Assembly: GCA_947175545.1 (NCBI GenBank)
Contig: CAMWNI010000005.1
Span: forward strand, 4,323-68,322
Length of the DNA: 64,000 nt
Reading direction: 5' to 3'
Source: an uncultured Porphyromonadaceae bacterium
GTDB taxonomy: Bacteria; Bacteroidota; Bacteroidia; Bacteroidales; Muribaculaceae
Both the position numbers and the translations under genes were made by a program. The notes beneath the pieces were generated by a model. That model was not told the origin of the DNA. It worked only from the letters and a program-made list of their open reading frames with translations, and did not search any database. Position 1 is the stretch's first letter; every line of letters begins with the position of its first letter. Of the stretch, positions 13,381-21,841 are shown piece after piece.

Positions 13381-14886
13381 ATGTTTTCCAATCCTCTGAT
13401 ATATTTTGTGGTAATCCCGGTGATTATGCTCCTGGGCATTTACCTCTGTCGCAACATGGCTCAGATTCGTGCGGTTGCCGTGACCGGCTCGCTCGCTCTG
13501 CTCGCCCTGAGCGTCTGGCTGCTCGTTGACTATCTGGGTCTGCGTGCTGCCGGAGCTGACGCCCCGATGCTCTATCGTGGTGACTGGACCTGGTTTTCCG
13601 CGCTCAACATCCAGCTGAGTGTTGGCGTTGACGGCATTTCGATTGCAATGCTGCTGCTTTCAAGCATCATTTTGCTGACCGGCTCGTTCGCTTCATGGAA
13701 AATCAATCCCCTTCCCAAGGAGTTCTTCCTTTGGCTGATTCTGCTTTCAATCGGCGTGTTCGGCTTCTTCATCAGCATTGACCTCTTCACGATGTTCATG
13801 TTCTATGAGGTTGCCCTTATCCCGATGTACCTGCTGATCGGCATCTGGGGTACCGGACGCAAGGAGTATTCCGCAATGAAGCTGACTCTGATGCTTATGG
13901 GCGGCTCGGCCTTCCTGATGCTCTCTATTATTGGCATTTATTACAATGGCGTCCCCGAGGGTGTTGAACGCACTTTCAACCTTCTGCAAATTGCCCAATA
14001 TGATGCAATTCCGCATGACTGGCAGTGCTTCCTCTTCCCGATGGCCTTCGTAGGCTTCGGTGTCCTCGGAGCCATGTTCCCCTTCCACACCTGGAGTCCT
14101 GACGGTCATGCCTGCGCGCCGACCGCGGTTTCGATGCTCCATGCCGGCGTGCTGATGAAACTCGGCGGTTACGGCTGCTTCCGTGTCGCTATCTATCTGA
14201 TGCCTTACGCTGCCAATGAGCTTGCCTGGATTTTCCTTATCCTGACCGGCATCTCGGTTGTCTACGGTGCATTCTCCGCATGCGTCCAGACGGACCTCAA
14301 GTACATCAACGCTTACTCTTCAGTGAGCCACTGCGGCCTTGTTCTTTTCGCAATCCTGATGCTGAACACTACCGCAATGACCGGCGCAATCATGCAGATG
14401 CTCTCTCACGGTCTGATGACGGCCCTCTTCTTCGCCCTTATCGGTATGATTTACGGTCGCACCCACACTCGTGACATTCGCGAAATGGGAGGTCTGATGA
14501 AGATTATGCCTTTCCTTGCCGTCTGCTACATGATTGCCGGTTTCGCCTCGCTCGGTCTTCCGGGTCTTTCCGGTTTCGTTGCCGAAATGACCATCTTCGT
14601 CGGCTCGTTCGAGAACACTAATACGCTCAACCGTGTATTTACGATCATTGCATGCTGTTCAATCGTAATCACTGCTGTCTACATTCTCCGCGTTGTCGGC
14701 AAGCTGCTTCTCGGTCCGGTTTATGACAAGCACCATGAAGAGTTGACTGACGCAACCTGGTGGGAGCGTACCTCAACTGTCACTCTGATTCTCTGCGTGG
14801 CTGCAATCGGTTGTTTCCCCAACTTCTTCGCAAACCTCATCCGTACAACATTCTCGCCCGAGATTTTCAAGGTGCTTGGAATGTAA
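13381..14886 (+). CDS. nuoM: NADH-quinone oxidoreductase subunit M
   Basis: 501-aa antiporter-like subunit (FMFYEVALIPMYLLIGIWG, FPFHTWSPDGHACAPTAVSMLHAGVLMKLGGYG). Confidence 0.9.
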   Translation: MFSNPLIYFVVIPVIMLLGIYLCRNMAQIRAVAVTGSLALLALSVWLLVDYLGLRAAGADAPMLYRGDWTWFSALNIQLSVGVDGISIAMLLLSSIILLTGSFASWKINPLPKEFFLWLILLSIGVFGFFISIDLFTMFMFYEVALIPMYLLIGIWGTGRKEYSAMKLTLMLMGGSAFLMLSIIGIYYNGVPEGVERTFNLLQIAQYDAIPHDWQCFLFPMAFVGFGVLGAMFPFHTWSPDGHACAPTAVSMLHAGVLMKLGGYGCFRVAIYLMPYAANELAWIFLILTGISVVYGAFSACVQTDLKYINAYSSVSHCGLVLFAILMLNTTAMTGAIMQMLSHGLMTALFFALIGMIYGRTHTRDIREMGGLMKIMPFLAVCYMIAGFASLGLPGLSGFVAEMTIFVGSFENTNTLNRVFTIIACCSIVITAVYILRVVGKLLLGPVYDKHHEELTDATWWERTSTVTLILCVAAIGCFPNFFANLIRTTFSPEIFKVLGM

Positions 14887-14911
14887 TTACTGAAAAATCG
14901 TTATTGAACCA

Positions 14912-16387
14912 ATGGATTACTCACAGTTTTTAGTAATGAAACAGGAAATCGGCCTCCTGGTCGTGTTCCTGCTGGTCTTCCTCTATGACACCTTCATGTC
15001 GAAGCGGGCTAATGCGGCCATCTCCGGCTTTACGGTCCTCCTTGTTGGTCTGCTGACCGTCTACGGATTCTGCTGCGGCTGTCCCGGCGCAACGGAGTCG
15101 GCTTTCGCCGGAATGTATGTGACCTCTCCTGTAATCGCGTGCATCAAGAACATTCTTAACGTCGGCGTACTGATTGTTCTGATTCAGTCAATCAGCTGGA
15201 ACAACTCGGAGACTCAGGCCATTCGTCGCGGCGAATTCCTGGAACTGATTCTGGTTACTCTCTTCGGAATGTACCTGATGATTTCCGCCCGCCACTTCCT
15301 TCTGTTCATCATCGGTCTCGAATGTGCCTCGCTGCCCCTGGCTGCTCTCGTTGCCTTCGAAAAGAACAAGTATGAAAGCCATGAGGCCGCAATCAAGTAT
15401 ATGCTGACCGCCGTCTTCTCCAGCGCCATCTTCATGATGGGTCTGAGCTATGTCTACATGCTGACCGGTTCGCTTTACTTTGGCGAAATCGCTTCGGTTG
15501 TCGCAACCGAAAGCGTTTCAGTTCTGCTGATTGTCGCTCTTGCCTTTGTGGTTGCCGGCGTTGGCTTCAAGCTCTCGCTTGTTCCCTTCCATCTCTGGAC
15601 CGCCGACGTCTACCAGGGCGCGCCGACGTCCGTAACCTCTTATTTGAGTGTGATTTCAAAGGGTTCGGCTGCTTTTGCCTTCCTTGTTATTCTTACTCAG
15701 GTTTTCGGTGCGGTCTATTGTCAGGTCTGGGAGTGGATGCTCTATGCTCTGATTATCTTGACAATCACCGTTGGTAACCTCTTTGCCCTGCGTCAGACCA
15801 ACATGAAGCGCTTCCTGGCCTTCTCGTCTATCTCGCAGGCCGGTTACATCATGCTCGGCATCATCGGCAACAACGATATGGGCATGGCTTCGCTGATGTA
15901 CTATATCCTTGTCTACATCTTCTCTAACCTTGCTGCTTTCGGTGTTATTCAGGCAATCGAGAATGCTACCGGCAAGCTTGACATGACCGACTATCGCGGT
16001 CTTTACAAGAGCAATCCTCATCTCAGCTTCGTAATGATGCTTGCGATGTTCTCTCTGGCGGGTATTCCTCCCTTCGCCGGCTTCTTCTCGAAGTTCTTCA
16101 TCTTTACCGGCGCCCTGAGCGGAACGACCTCCGTAGCGCTTTACGTTCTGGTGCTGATTGCGTTGATTAACACAATCGTGTCGCTCTTCTACTATCTGCT
16201 GGTTGTGAAGGCAATGTTCCTCAGCAAGGAAGAGCCTGTTGTTCCGGCTTTCAAGTCGGCATGCTCCGAGCGTGTAGCAATGTGGGTTACCGTGGCCGGC
16301 ATCGTCTTCCTTGGCATTGTCAGCTGCTTCTACAATGACATACTGTTGCTTTGCCAGCAGTATGGTCTTGCAGGCGCTCTCGTCTAA
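14912..16387 (+). CDS. nuoN: NADH-quinone oxidoreductase subunit N
   Basis: 491-aa antiporter-like subunit (GFKLSLVPFHLWTADVYQGAPTSVT). Last gene of the cluster. Confidence 0.85.
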   Translation: MDYSQFLVMKQEIGLLVVFLLVFLYDTFMSKRANAAISGFTVLLVGLLTVYGFCCGCPGATESAFAGMYVTSPVIACIKNILNVGVLIVLIQSISWNNSETQAIRRGEFLELILVTLFGMYLMISARHFLLFIIGLECASLPLAALVAFEKNKYESHEAAIKYMLTAVFSSAIFMMGLSYVYMLTGSLYFGEIASVVATESVSVLLIVALAFVVAGVGFKLSLVPFHLWTADVYQGAPTSVTSYLSVISKGSAAFAFLVILTQVFGAVYCQVWEWMLYALIILTITVGNLFALRQTNMKRFLAFSSISQAGYIMLGIIGNNDMGMASLMYYILVYIFSNLAAFGVIQAIENATGKLDMTDYRGLYKSNPHLSFVMMLAMFSLAGIPPFAGFFSKFFIFTGALSGTTSVALYVLVLIALINTIVSLFYYLLVVKAMFLSKEEPVVPAFKSACSERVAMWVTVAGIVFLGIVSCFYNDILLLCQQYGLAGALV

Positions 16388-16454
16388 ACAGGTCCCGTCC
16401 CCTCATGTTTCAACAACATTAAGGACACGTTTCAACCTCCCCATAACCAAAAAT

Positions 16455-16498
16455 GCGGCAACTGATCCGGAACTCCGGAAAGTTGCCGCTCTTTTTTT
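16455..16498 (+). terminator. Intrinsic terminator after nuoN
   Basis: GCGGCAACT (16455-63) pairs with AGTTGCCGC (16481-89) and is followed by TCTTTTTTT. This is the first hairpin plus U-tract seen since the left window edge. Confidence 0.8.
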
Positions 16499-16502
16499 AG
16501 AT

Positions 16503-16539
16503 CCCCGTTCCCGGGCGTTAGCAAATATTGGGAACGGGG
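16503..16539 (+). repeat. Palindromic element copy A (10-bp GC stem, 17-nt loop GGGCGTTAGCAAATATT)
   Basis: CCCCGTTCCC pairs with GGGAACGGGG. Near-identical to the reverse complement of 21842-21880, including the loop sequence. Confidence 0.6.
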
Positions 16540-16749
16540 CTTTATTTCTCTCTCCGCAGGTCGTTAACCGGGCAAGACCGAAACTTGATCGGGCGCGACG
16601 TGGCTCGCCCGGAAGGAACTTTACGGGGATGACCGAGGAACAGTCCGGTTCATTCGTGTCCCGATATGAGGACACGCCCCCTCCTGTGACTGTGCAAAGT
16701 CTCAACCGCTTGATCCTTCAATAATCAATATAGAAGTCAGAATATGATT

Positions 16750-17178
16750 TTATGGCACGTAGAGTCCCGGTTGCCTGTAAGGTGAAACAAAAACAGGTGT
16801 GATGCTCCTTGGCTTGCTTAAGCTTCCATCTGGTTGCGGACTGCGTGAGGCAGAATCATCGTTCTGCCCGTCGGTAAGCGATTCAGCCTCCACCGGGTTC
16901 TCAATCGGGTTCTCAATTGACTGTCGCGGGGCTTTTCCGAAGTTGTAGAAGTCTGAATCGGTGCAGTCGAAGAGATTGAAATCTTCAAGAACGGAGCGCA
17001 CGGTCTCGGGGTCGGCGTGGAGTTCATAGGCAATACGGCCAATGTCGCTGCGTGAGCGCATGGCCCGACGCATGCCGAGATATTCAACAAGCATGACATA
17101 AATGCCGTAGCCGGCGGCGCCATGGGCGATAAGCAGGTCAATAATGCGTGAATCCTTACGTGATGCGATTCTTCTCAT
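16750..17178 (-). CDS. DUF4373 / Lin1244-Lin1753-like N-terminal-domain protein, apparently truncated
   Basis: The segment DSRIIDLLIAHGAAGYGIYVMLVEYL...IAYELHADPETVRSVLEDFNLF matches the phage replisome-organiser-like DUF4373 pattern. Only 142 aa, with a low-complexity tail. Confidence 0.55.
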   Translation of the reverse strand: MRRIASRKDSRIIDLLIAHGAAGYGIYVMLVEYLGMRRAMRSRSDIGRIAYELHADPETVRSVLEDFNLFDCTDSDFYNFGKAPRQSIENPIENPVEAESLTDGQNDDSASRSPQPDGSLSKPRSITPVFVSPYRQPGLYVP

Positions 17179-17216
17179 AGTGTCTGATTAAGTTTGCTTG
17201 GTTGTTAAAATCTTTG

Positions 17217-17224
17217 CAAAGTTA
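17217..17224 (-). promoter_or_regulatory. Bacteroidetes-type -7 box TAACTTTG for the DUF4373 gene
   Basis: Exact TAnnTTTG match on the minus strand, about 38 nt upstream of the ATG at 17178. Confidence 0.45.
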
Positions 17225-17310
17225 CAACATTTTTATCCCTTTGTCAAGACTTTTACCCAAAAAGTTTTCAACATTATGCCTTCTTTTCGTGTTTCGCGCC
17301 GTAAAGGTCT

Positions 17311-18063
17311 CTAAAGGAAGGAGGTGCGGAAGTGGGCGTGGATGCGGGCAACGGCTGCGGGCGACGGATGGACGCCATCGGTGGCGTAATAGGCGTAGTC
17401 GCGCAGTTCATCTATTAGGGTTTCGTAGGCGGGAAAGTATGTGACGTTGCTCAGTTGGTCAATAGCGAGCAGGAGAGTGGCTTTGCTGAGCTGATTGCCG
17501 TGAAGTCCGTCGGCGGTGTGGCGGATAGGGCTGACGGTAAAGATGAAGTGTTTGTCGCGGAAACGGTCAATCAGCGGCTGCCATGCGTTGACAATCTCTT
17601 CGACAGAGAGCCGGCGACGCAGAAATTCGCGGTCGGGGAGCTTATGGCAGTTGCAAACGACGTTGCCCCGGCGTTCAAATACATAGGCCGTGCCGAACGT
17701 GATGATTATGTGCGTGGCGCGGTGCAGGGCGGCGCCTCCCGTCGTCATTGAGGCGTTGATTTTATCAATGGCTTCTGCCGGGGTAGCGGCGGCAAGGCGC
17801 GTGTGATGGTCAAGAGAGCGCCAAAGTCCCTGAACCTGAATGAGTTCGTCGGCACAGTAGCGTCGCCCTTCTGCAAGGTTGACCAGCGTTTTGGCTGCCG
17901 ATAGCGGATTGTAGACATTGCCCGTGGGGTTGATGCACACGTCGAGTCCGTCGGCGGCAAGAAGCGAGCCTACTTCGGTCGTGAAACATGAGCCGAGCAT
18001 CAGCAGTGACGATGATGCCGAGATGCGGATTTCGCGGTCCGGACGAAGTTTCAGTTCGGTCAT
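17311..18063 (-). CDS. GSCFA-domain protein
   Basis: Eponymous motif (MLGSCFTTEVG) near the N-terminus and typical length. The start overlaps the upstream gene stop by 4 nt. Confidence 0.75.
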   Translation of the reverse strand: MTELKLRPDREIRISASSSLLMLGSCFTTEVGSLLAADGLDVCINPTGNVYNPLSAAKTLVNLAEGRRYCADELIQVQGLWRSLDHHTRLAAATPAEAIDKINASMTTGGAALHRATHIIITFGTAYVFERRGNVVCNCHKLPDREFLRRRLSVEEIVNAWQPLIDRFRDKHFIFTVSPIRHTADGLHGNQLSKATLLLAIDQLSNVTYFPAYETLIDELRDYAYYATDGVHPSPAAVARIHAHFRTSFL

Positions 18064-20039
18064 AGCATTTTGTAATCAATGCTGAGAACCTGGAACTCCG
18101 TGCGGCGGTTAATCTGGTCAGCGGCGTCCTGATCCTCGGGGCTGAGGGTCTCTATGAATTCGGGGTTGAGCAGCGTACCTTCCTCAAACTGAGGGAACTC
18201 GCGCGCGAGTTTCTTGGTGATGACCTTCGGACGCGACTTACCGTAGCCCTGCGGCTGGAGGCGTTCAGGCTCGATTCCGGCGGCAATCAGATAGTCAATG
18301 ACGGAGTCGGCACGGCGGCCGGAGAGTTTCATATTATACTCCTCGGTTCCCCAGCGGTCCGTGTGGGATGCCATTTCGATTGTGACGTTGGGGTTTTCGC
18401 GCAGAATCCTGACCATTTCGTCGAGTGCCTCCTTCGATTCGGGGCGCAGCGTCGCTTTATCGAAATCGTAGAAGATGTTTTCAACGACGACGGGCTTATT
18501 GATTGACGCAAGGATGAAATCAACGCCATATTCGGCGTCTTCCTCGGCAGTGTCGGAGGTGAACTCCTGGCGAGCGTTAAGAAAGCCTTTTGCCCCGGCA
18601 AGCATCGTGTATTTGACGCCGCGCTGAAGCGGGAAGCGGAACGAGCCGTCTGACTTGCCGATGGCCTTTTGGTTCGAGCCGTCGTTGCCGACAATGCGGA
18701 TAACGGCATCCGGAACCGGCTCCTCGTCGCGGTCGAGAACCCATCCGCTAATCCATATCTGGAGGTCAGGAAGTTCAAACGTGTAGATATGGTCATAGCC
18801 GCGCGCATCGCCTCTGGACGAAGAGAAGAACCCGCGTTCGCCGCCGGTCGGGTCAAAGGTGATTCCGAAGTCGTCGGCCGCTGAGTTCATCGGTACGCCC
18901 ATGTTGGTCACATTCCAGCCGCCGGAGGGGGTCAGGCGCGCGCTGAAGATGTCAAGACCGCCCATTCCGGGGCGTCCGTCAGTGCTGAAGTAGAGAAGCG
19001 AGTCGGTGCGGACGTAGGGGAACTGTTCGTTGCCCGGAGTATTGATGAACTCTCCAAGATTTTCGAGCGAGCCGGCGCGCTCTTTCAGGTTAATGCGCCA
19101 GATGTCATAGCCGCCCTGGCCGCCGGGCATGTCGGAACTGAAGTAGAGCCAGTCGCCGTCGGGGCTGACGGCCGGGTGACCGTAGGATGAGAGGGTATCG
19201 GCTGTGATTTCAAACTTTTGTGGAGCGCTCCATGAGGCGTCGCTTCTCTGCGACGTGAATATCTCAACGACCGTGCTTGCGTTTGGTTCGCGCCGCGCGC
19301 GGGTGAGATACATTGTCTGGCCGTCAGGCGAAAACGAGCATATTCCCTCTTCAACCTCGGTGTTCAGTTCGCCCTCGACCGCCTCCGGTTTCTGCCATTG
19401 ACCCTGTTCGTTTTTCTTCATGACCCAGATGTCAGGCTTCTTCGTGCCGGTGATTTCGGAGCGATTGTCGCCCTTGACCTTCTCGTTTGTGGTTGTGTAG
19501 AAGAGTTGGTCGCCGTCAGCTCCGAGAAACATCGGCGCATAGTCCGAGCGGCGTGAGTTAATGAGTTTGTGCTGTCGCACTACATAGCGGGTCGGCGCTT
19601 CCTTGAGTTTCTGGGCCTGTTCCGCGCCCGTCAGCCCGGTTTTTGCTTCCTGATTGTCAGGCGCAAGTGAAAGAAACTGACGGTAATTGGTGATTGCAGG
19701 GCCATACTTTCCTTCGGCGTGGAGGCTCTGCGCCAGGCGCAGAGTTGCCATGGAGTCTGCGGCGCCATAGCGGATGGCGTTCTGATAGGCGGCCGAGGCG
19801 CGTGCATCCTGACCGAGGCGGCGGTAACATTCGGCCATTTTCAGAGCAACTTCGCCGCGCTGGAGGCGCTCTTCACGCTTGGTCAGCTTATTGTAGACTT
19901 TCCGATAGGTCCGCGACGCATCGTAGAACTCGCCGCGCCCCATCTGCTCATCGGCAACGGAGAGTTTCGCTCCTCCGCAGGCGCTCAGAACCATAGCCGC
20001 CACTATCAGCAGCAAAAATTTTCCAAATCGTTTAGTCAT
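18060..20039 (-). CDS. OmpA-family lipoprotein with TPR, PD40/TolB-like beta-propeller and C-terminal OmpA peptidoglycan-binding domain
   Basis: Start chosen at MTKRFGKFLLLIVAAMVLSAC (lipobox). TPR-like N-terminus, repeated PD40-like S.DG..LYF units, and C-terminal OmpA motif (ASHTD..G...YN..LS.RRA..V..YL, NRRTEF). Confidence 0.85.
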   Translation of the reverse strand: MTKRFGKFLLLIVAAMVLSACGGAKLSVADEQMGRGEFYDASRTYRKVYNKLTKREERLQRGEVALKMAECYRRLGQDARASAAYQNAIRYGAADSMATLRLAQSLHAEGKYGPAITNYRQFLSLAPDNQEAKTGLTGAEQAQKLKEAPTRYVVRQHKLINSRRSDYAPMFLGADGDQLFYTTTNEKVKGDNRSEITGTKKPDIWVMKKNEQGQWQKPEAVEGELNTEVEEGICSFSPDGQTMYLTRARREPNASTVVEIFTSQRSDASWSAPQKFEITADTLSSYGHPAVSPDGDWLYFSSDMPGGQGGYDIWRINLKERAGSLENLGEFINTPGNEQFPYVRTDSLLYFSTDGRPGMGGLDIFSARLTPSGGWNVTNMGVPMNSAADDFGITFDPTGGERGFFSSSRGDARGYDHIYTFELPDLQIWISGWVLDRDEEPVPDAVIRIVGNDGSNQKAIGKSDGSFRFPLQRGVKYTMLAGAKGFLNARQEFTSDTAEEDAEYGVDFILASINKPVVVENIFYDFDKATLRPESKEALDEMVRILRENPNVTIEMASHTDRWGTEEYNMKLSGRRADSVIDYLIAAGIEPERLQPQGYGKSRPKVITKKLAREFPQFEEGTLLNPEFIETLSPEDQDAADQINRRTEFQVLSIDYKML

Positions 20040-20085
20040 GACAGATAAATAACGCATAAATAACGCACGCGCGCGTCAGCATATT

Positions 20086-20117
20086 GCGCAATTGAGAACA
20101 ATTCTTTAAATTTGCGC
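20086..20117. promoter_or_regulatory. Inverted repeat (candidate operator) overlapping a TAAATTTG -7 box upstream of the COG0523 gene
   Basis: GCGCAATT (20086-93) and ATTTGCGC (20110-17) are 7/8 complementary. The -7 box TAAATTTG lies at 20107-20114, 26 nt before the ATG. Confidence 0.3.
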
Positions 20118-20140
20118 CGGAATTTTAGCATAAAAACCGT

Positions 20141-21376
20141 ATGAAAAAAGAAACTCCCGTATTGTTGCTGACCGGCTACCTCGGCAGTGGCAAAACAACT
20201 CTTCTAAACCATATCCTGACCAATCGTCAGGGAATCCGCTTTGCTGTGATTGTGAACGACATTGGCGAAGTGAACATTGACGCATCGCTGATTCAGAAGG
20301 GCGGCATTGTCGGCCAGGGCGAGAATCAGGACGACCTTGTTGCGCTGCAAAACGGCTGCATCTGCTGCACTCTGAAAATGGACCTCATGAAGCAACTTGC
20401 CGACATTATCGCAACCGGCAAGTTTGACTATATCGTCATTGAGGCGTCAGGCATATGCGAACCGGCCCCCATTGCGCAGTCGATCTGCACGATGCCTCAG
20501 CTTGGCGGGGAATACACGGAGCATGGCGTTCCGAGCCTGGACTGCATCGTGACCGTTGTCGATGCCCTGCGCATGGCCGCTGAATTCGGCTGTGGCGAAA
20601 ACCTTCAGGCGCCTGACATTGACGATGAAGACATCGAAAACCTCGTGATTCAGCAAATTGAGTTCTGCAACATCATTCTGCTCAACAAAATCTCTGAGAT
20701 TTCGGCTGAGGAAGCCCGCCGCGTACGCAAGGTTGTGTGTGCGCTTCAGCCCAAGGCGGAAATAATTGAGTGTGACTTCTGTGACGTTGAACTTGACCGT
20801 CTGATTAACACCGGCCTGTTTGATTTTGAGAAGGTTGCGACTTCCGCTGCATGGGTTCAGGAACTGGAAGGACATCACCACGATGATGACGATGACGACG
20901 ACCATGACCACAACGAACATGATGATCATGAGCATCACCACCACCATCACGAGCATGGCGAGGAGTGTCATTGCGGCCATTGCCACCATCACCACCATGA
21001 CCACGGCGAGGCTGAAGAGTATGGCATACAGACGTTTGTCTACTACCGTCGGCCCGGAATTGACCTGAGCAAATTTGACCGCTGGGTTGCAACAGAGTGG
21101 CCCTCGAACGTGATTCGCTGCAAGGGAGTCATCTACTTTACTCAGAATCCGGACATGAGTTATCTGTTTGAGCAGGCCGGCACACAAAAGAACCTGAAAG
21201 AGGCCGGCTACTGGTTCGCGACGGCTCCGAAGGAAGAACTTGAGCAGTTCATGGCTCGTGACCCTCAGCTTCGCCGTGACTGGGATTCAGAATATGGCGA
21301 CCGCATGGTCAAGCTGGTATTCATCGGACAGAATCTTGACAAAGCGGCCATCACCGCCGCCCTTGACAAACTCTGA
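20141..21376 (+). CDS. COG0523-family (CobW/ZigA/YeiR-like) GTP-binding metallochaperone with His/Asp-rich insert
   Basis: P-loop GYLGSGKTTLLN, metal-binding GCICCT (CxCC), and a central tract HHHDDDDDDDHDHNEHDDHEHHHHHHEHGEECHCGHCHHHHHDHGE. Confidence 0.85.
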   Translation: MKKETPVLLLTGYLGSGKTTLLNHILTNRQGIRFAVIVNDIGEVNIDASLIQKGGIVGQGENQDDLVALQNGCICCTLKMDLMKQLADIIATGKFDYIVIEASGICEPAPIAQSICTMPQLGGEYTEHGVPSLDCIVTVVDALRMAAEFGCGENLQAPDIDDEDIENLVIQQIEFCNIILLNKISEISAEEARRVRKVVCALQPKAEIIECDFCDVELDRLINTGLFDFEKVATSAAWVQELEGHHHDDDDDDDHDHNEHDDHEHHHHHHEHGEECHCGHCHHHHHDHGEAEEYGIQTFVYYRRPGIDLSKFDRWVATEWPSNVIRCKGVIYFTQNPDMSYLFEQAGTQKNLKEAGYWFATAPKEELEQFMARDPQLRRDWDSEYGDRMVKLVFIGQNLDKAAITAALDKL

Positions 21377-21413
21377 AAAACGTTCCCAACAAAGGGATAA
21401 CAGGCATTTATGC

Positions 21414-21454
21414 AAAAAAACAGAGAGGCGATTCCGGCGTCTCTCTGTTTTTTT
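21414..21454. terminator. Bidirectional intrinsic terminator
   Basis: An A7 run, then CAGAGAG...CTCTCTG hairpin, then a T7 run, between convergent genes. Confidence 0.75.
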
Positions 21455-21462
21455 GTATGGGG

Positions 21463-21774
21463 TCAGTGGTGCGGATGGTGACAGTGGTGGTGTTTTGCCA
21501 TCTCGCGGGCCAGTTTGGCTTGTTTTTTTGCAAGTTTTTTTTGTTGCTTAATGTATTTCTTGTATTGTTTCAGCTGCTTTTTGCTTGGTTTGCATCGGTG
21601 GTGGTTGCAGGGAGCGGGCGGCGGGGGAGGGGGCATCATCCGGCCGTAGCTGTTGCTGACGTATGCAACTGCACCCTGCGGCGTCAGGCAGACTTCATAG
21701 CGAACCTTGGCAGAAGCGTCTGCAGTGGCGAATAGAATCGCGGCAGCTGCAATCAGGGGTGTAATCCTTTTCAT
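21463..21774 (-). CDS. Small secreted protein with poly-Pro, Lys-rich helix and His/Cys-rich tail (unknown family)
   Basis: Start chosen at MKRITPLIAAAAILFATADASA (signal peptide). Followed by PPPPPPAPCNHHRC, a Lys-rich stretch, and the C-terminus HHHCHHPHH. Confidence 0.55.
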   Translation of the reverse strand: MKRITPLIAAAAILFATADASAKVRYEVCLTPQGAVAYVSNSYGRMMPPPPPPAPCNHHRCKPSKKQLKQYKKYIKQQKKLAKKQAKLAREMAKHHHCHHPHH

Positions 21775-21841
21775 AACGTCAAAAAGTTTTTGAAGGTTAA
21801 ACGATATTATATAGACGTCGTAACCCCCCAAAAGGTTTAAG

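Noticed and set aside
16600-16640. CCCGGAAGGAAC, resembling the GGAA-tetraloop region of SRP (4.5S) RNA helix 8.
   Set aside because: The flanking sequence lacks the conserved AGCA / GGCA symmetric-loop residues. The best local fold puts GAAGGAACTTTA in a loop closed by CCCG/CGGG, which is not an SRP-like helix.
20870-21010. Highly repetitive CAY/GAY-rich DNA, and the PEPK-encoding repeats at 50680-51060, considered as microsatellites or a CRISPR-like array.
   Set aside because: Both are in frame within clear genes and encode His/Asp or Pro/Glu/Lys low-complexity peptides. There is no repeat-spacer periodicity.
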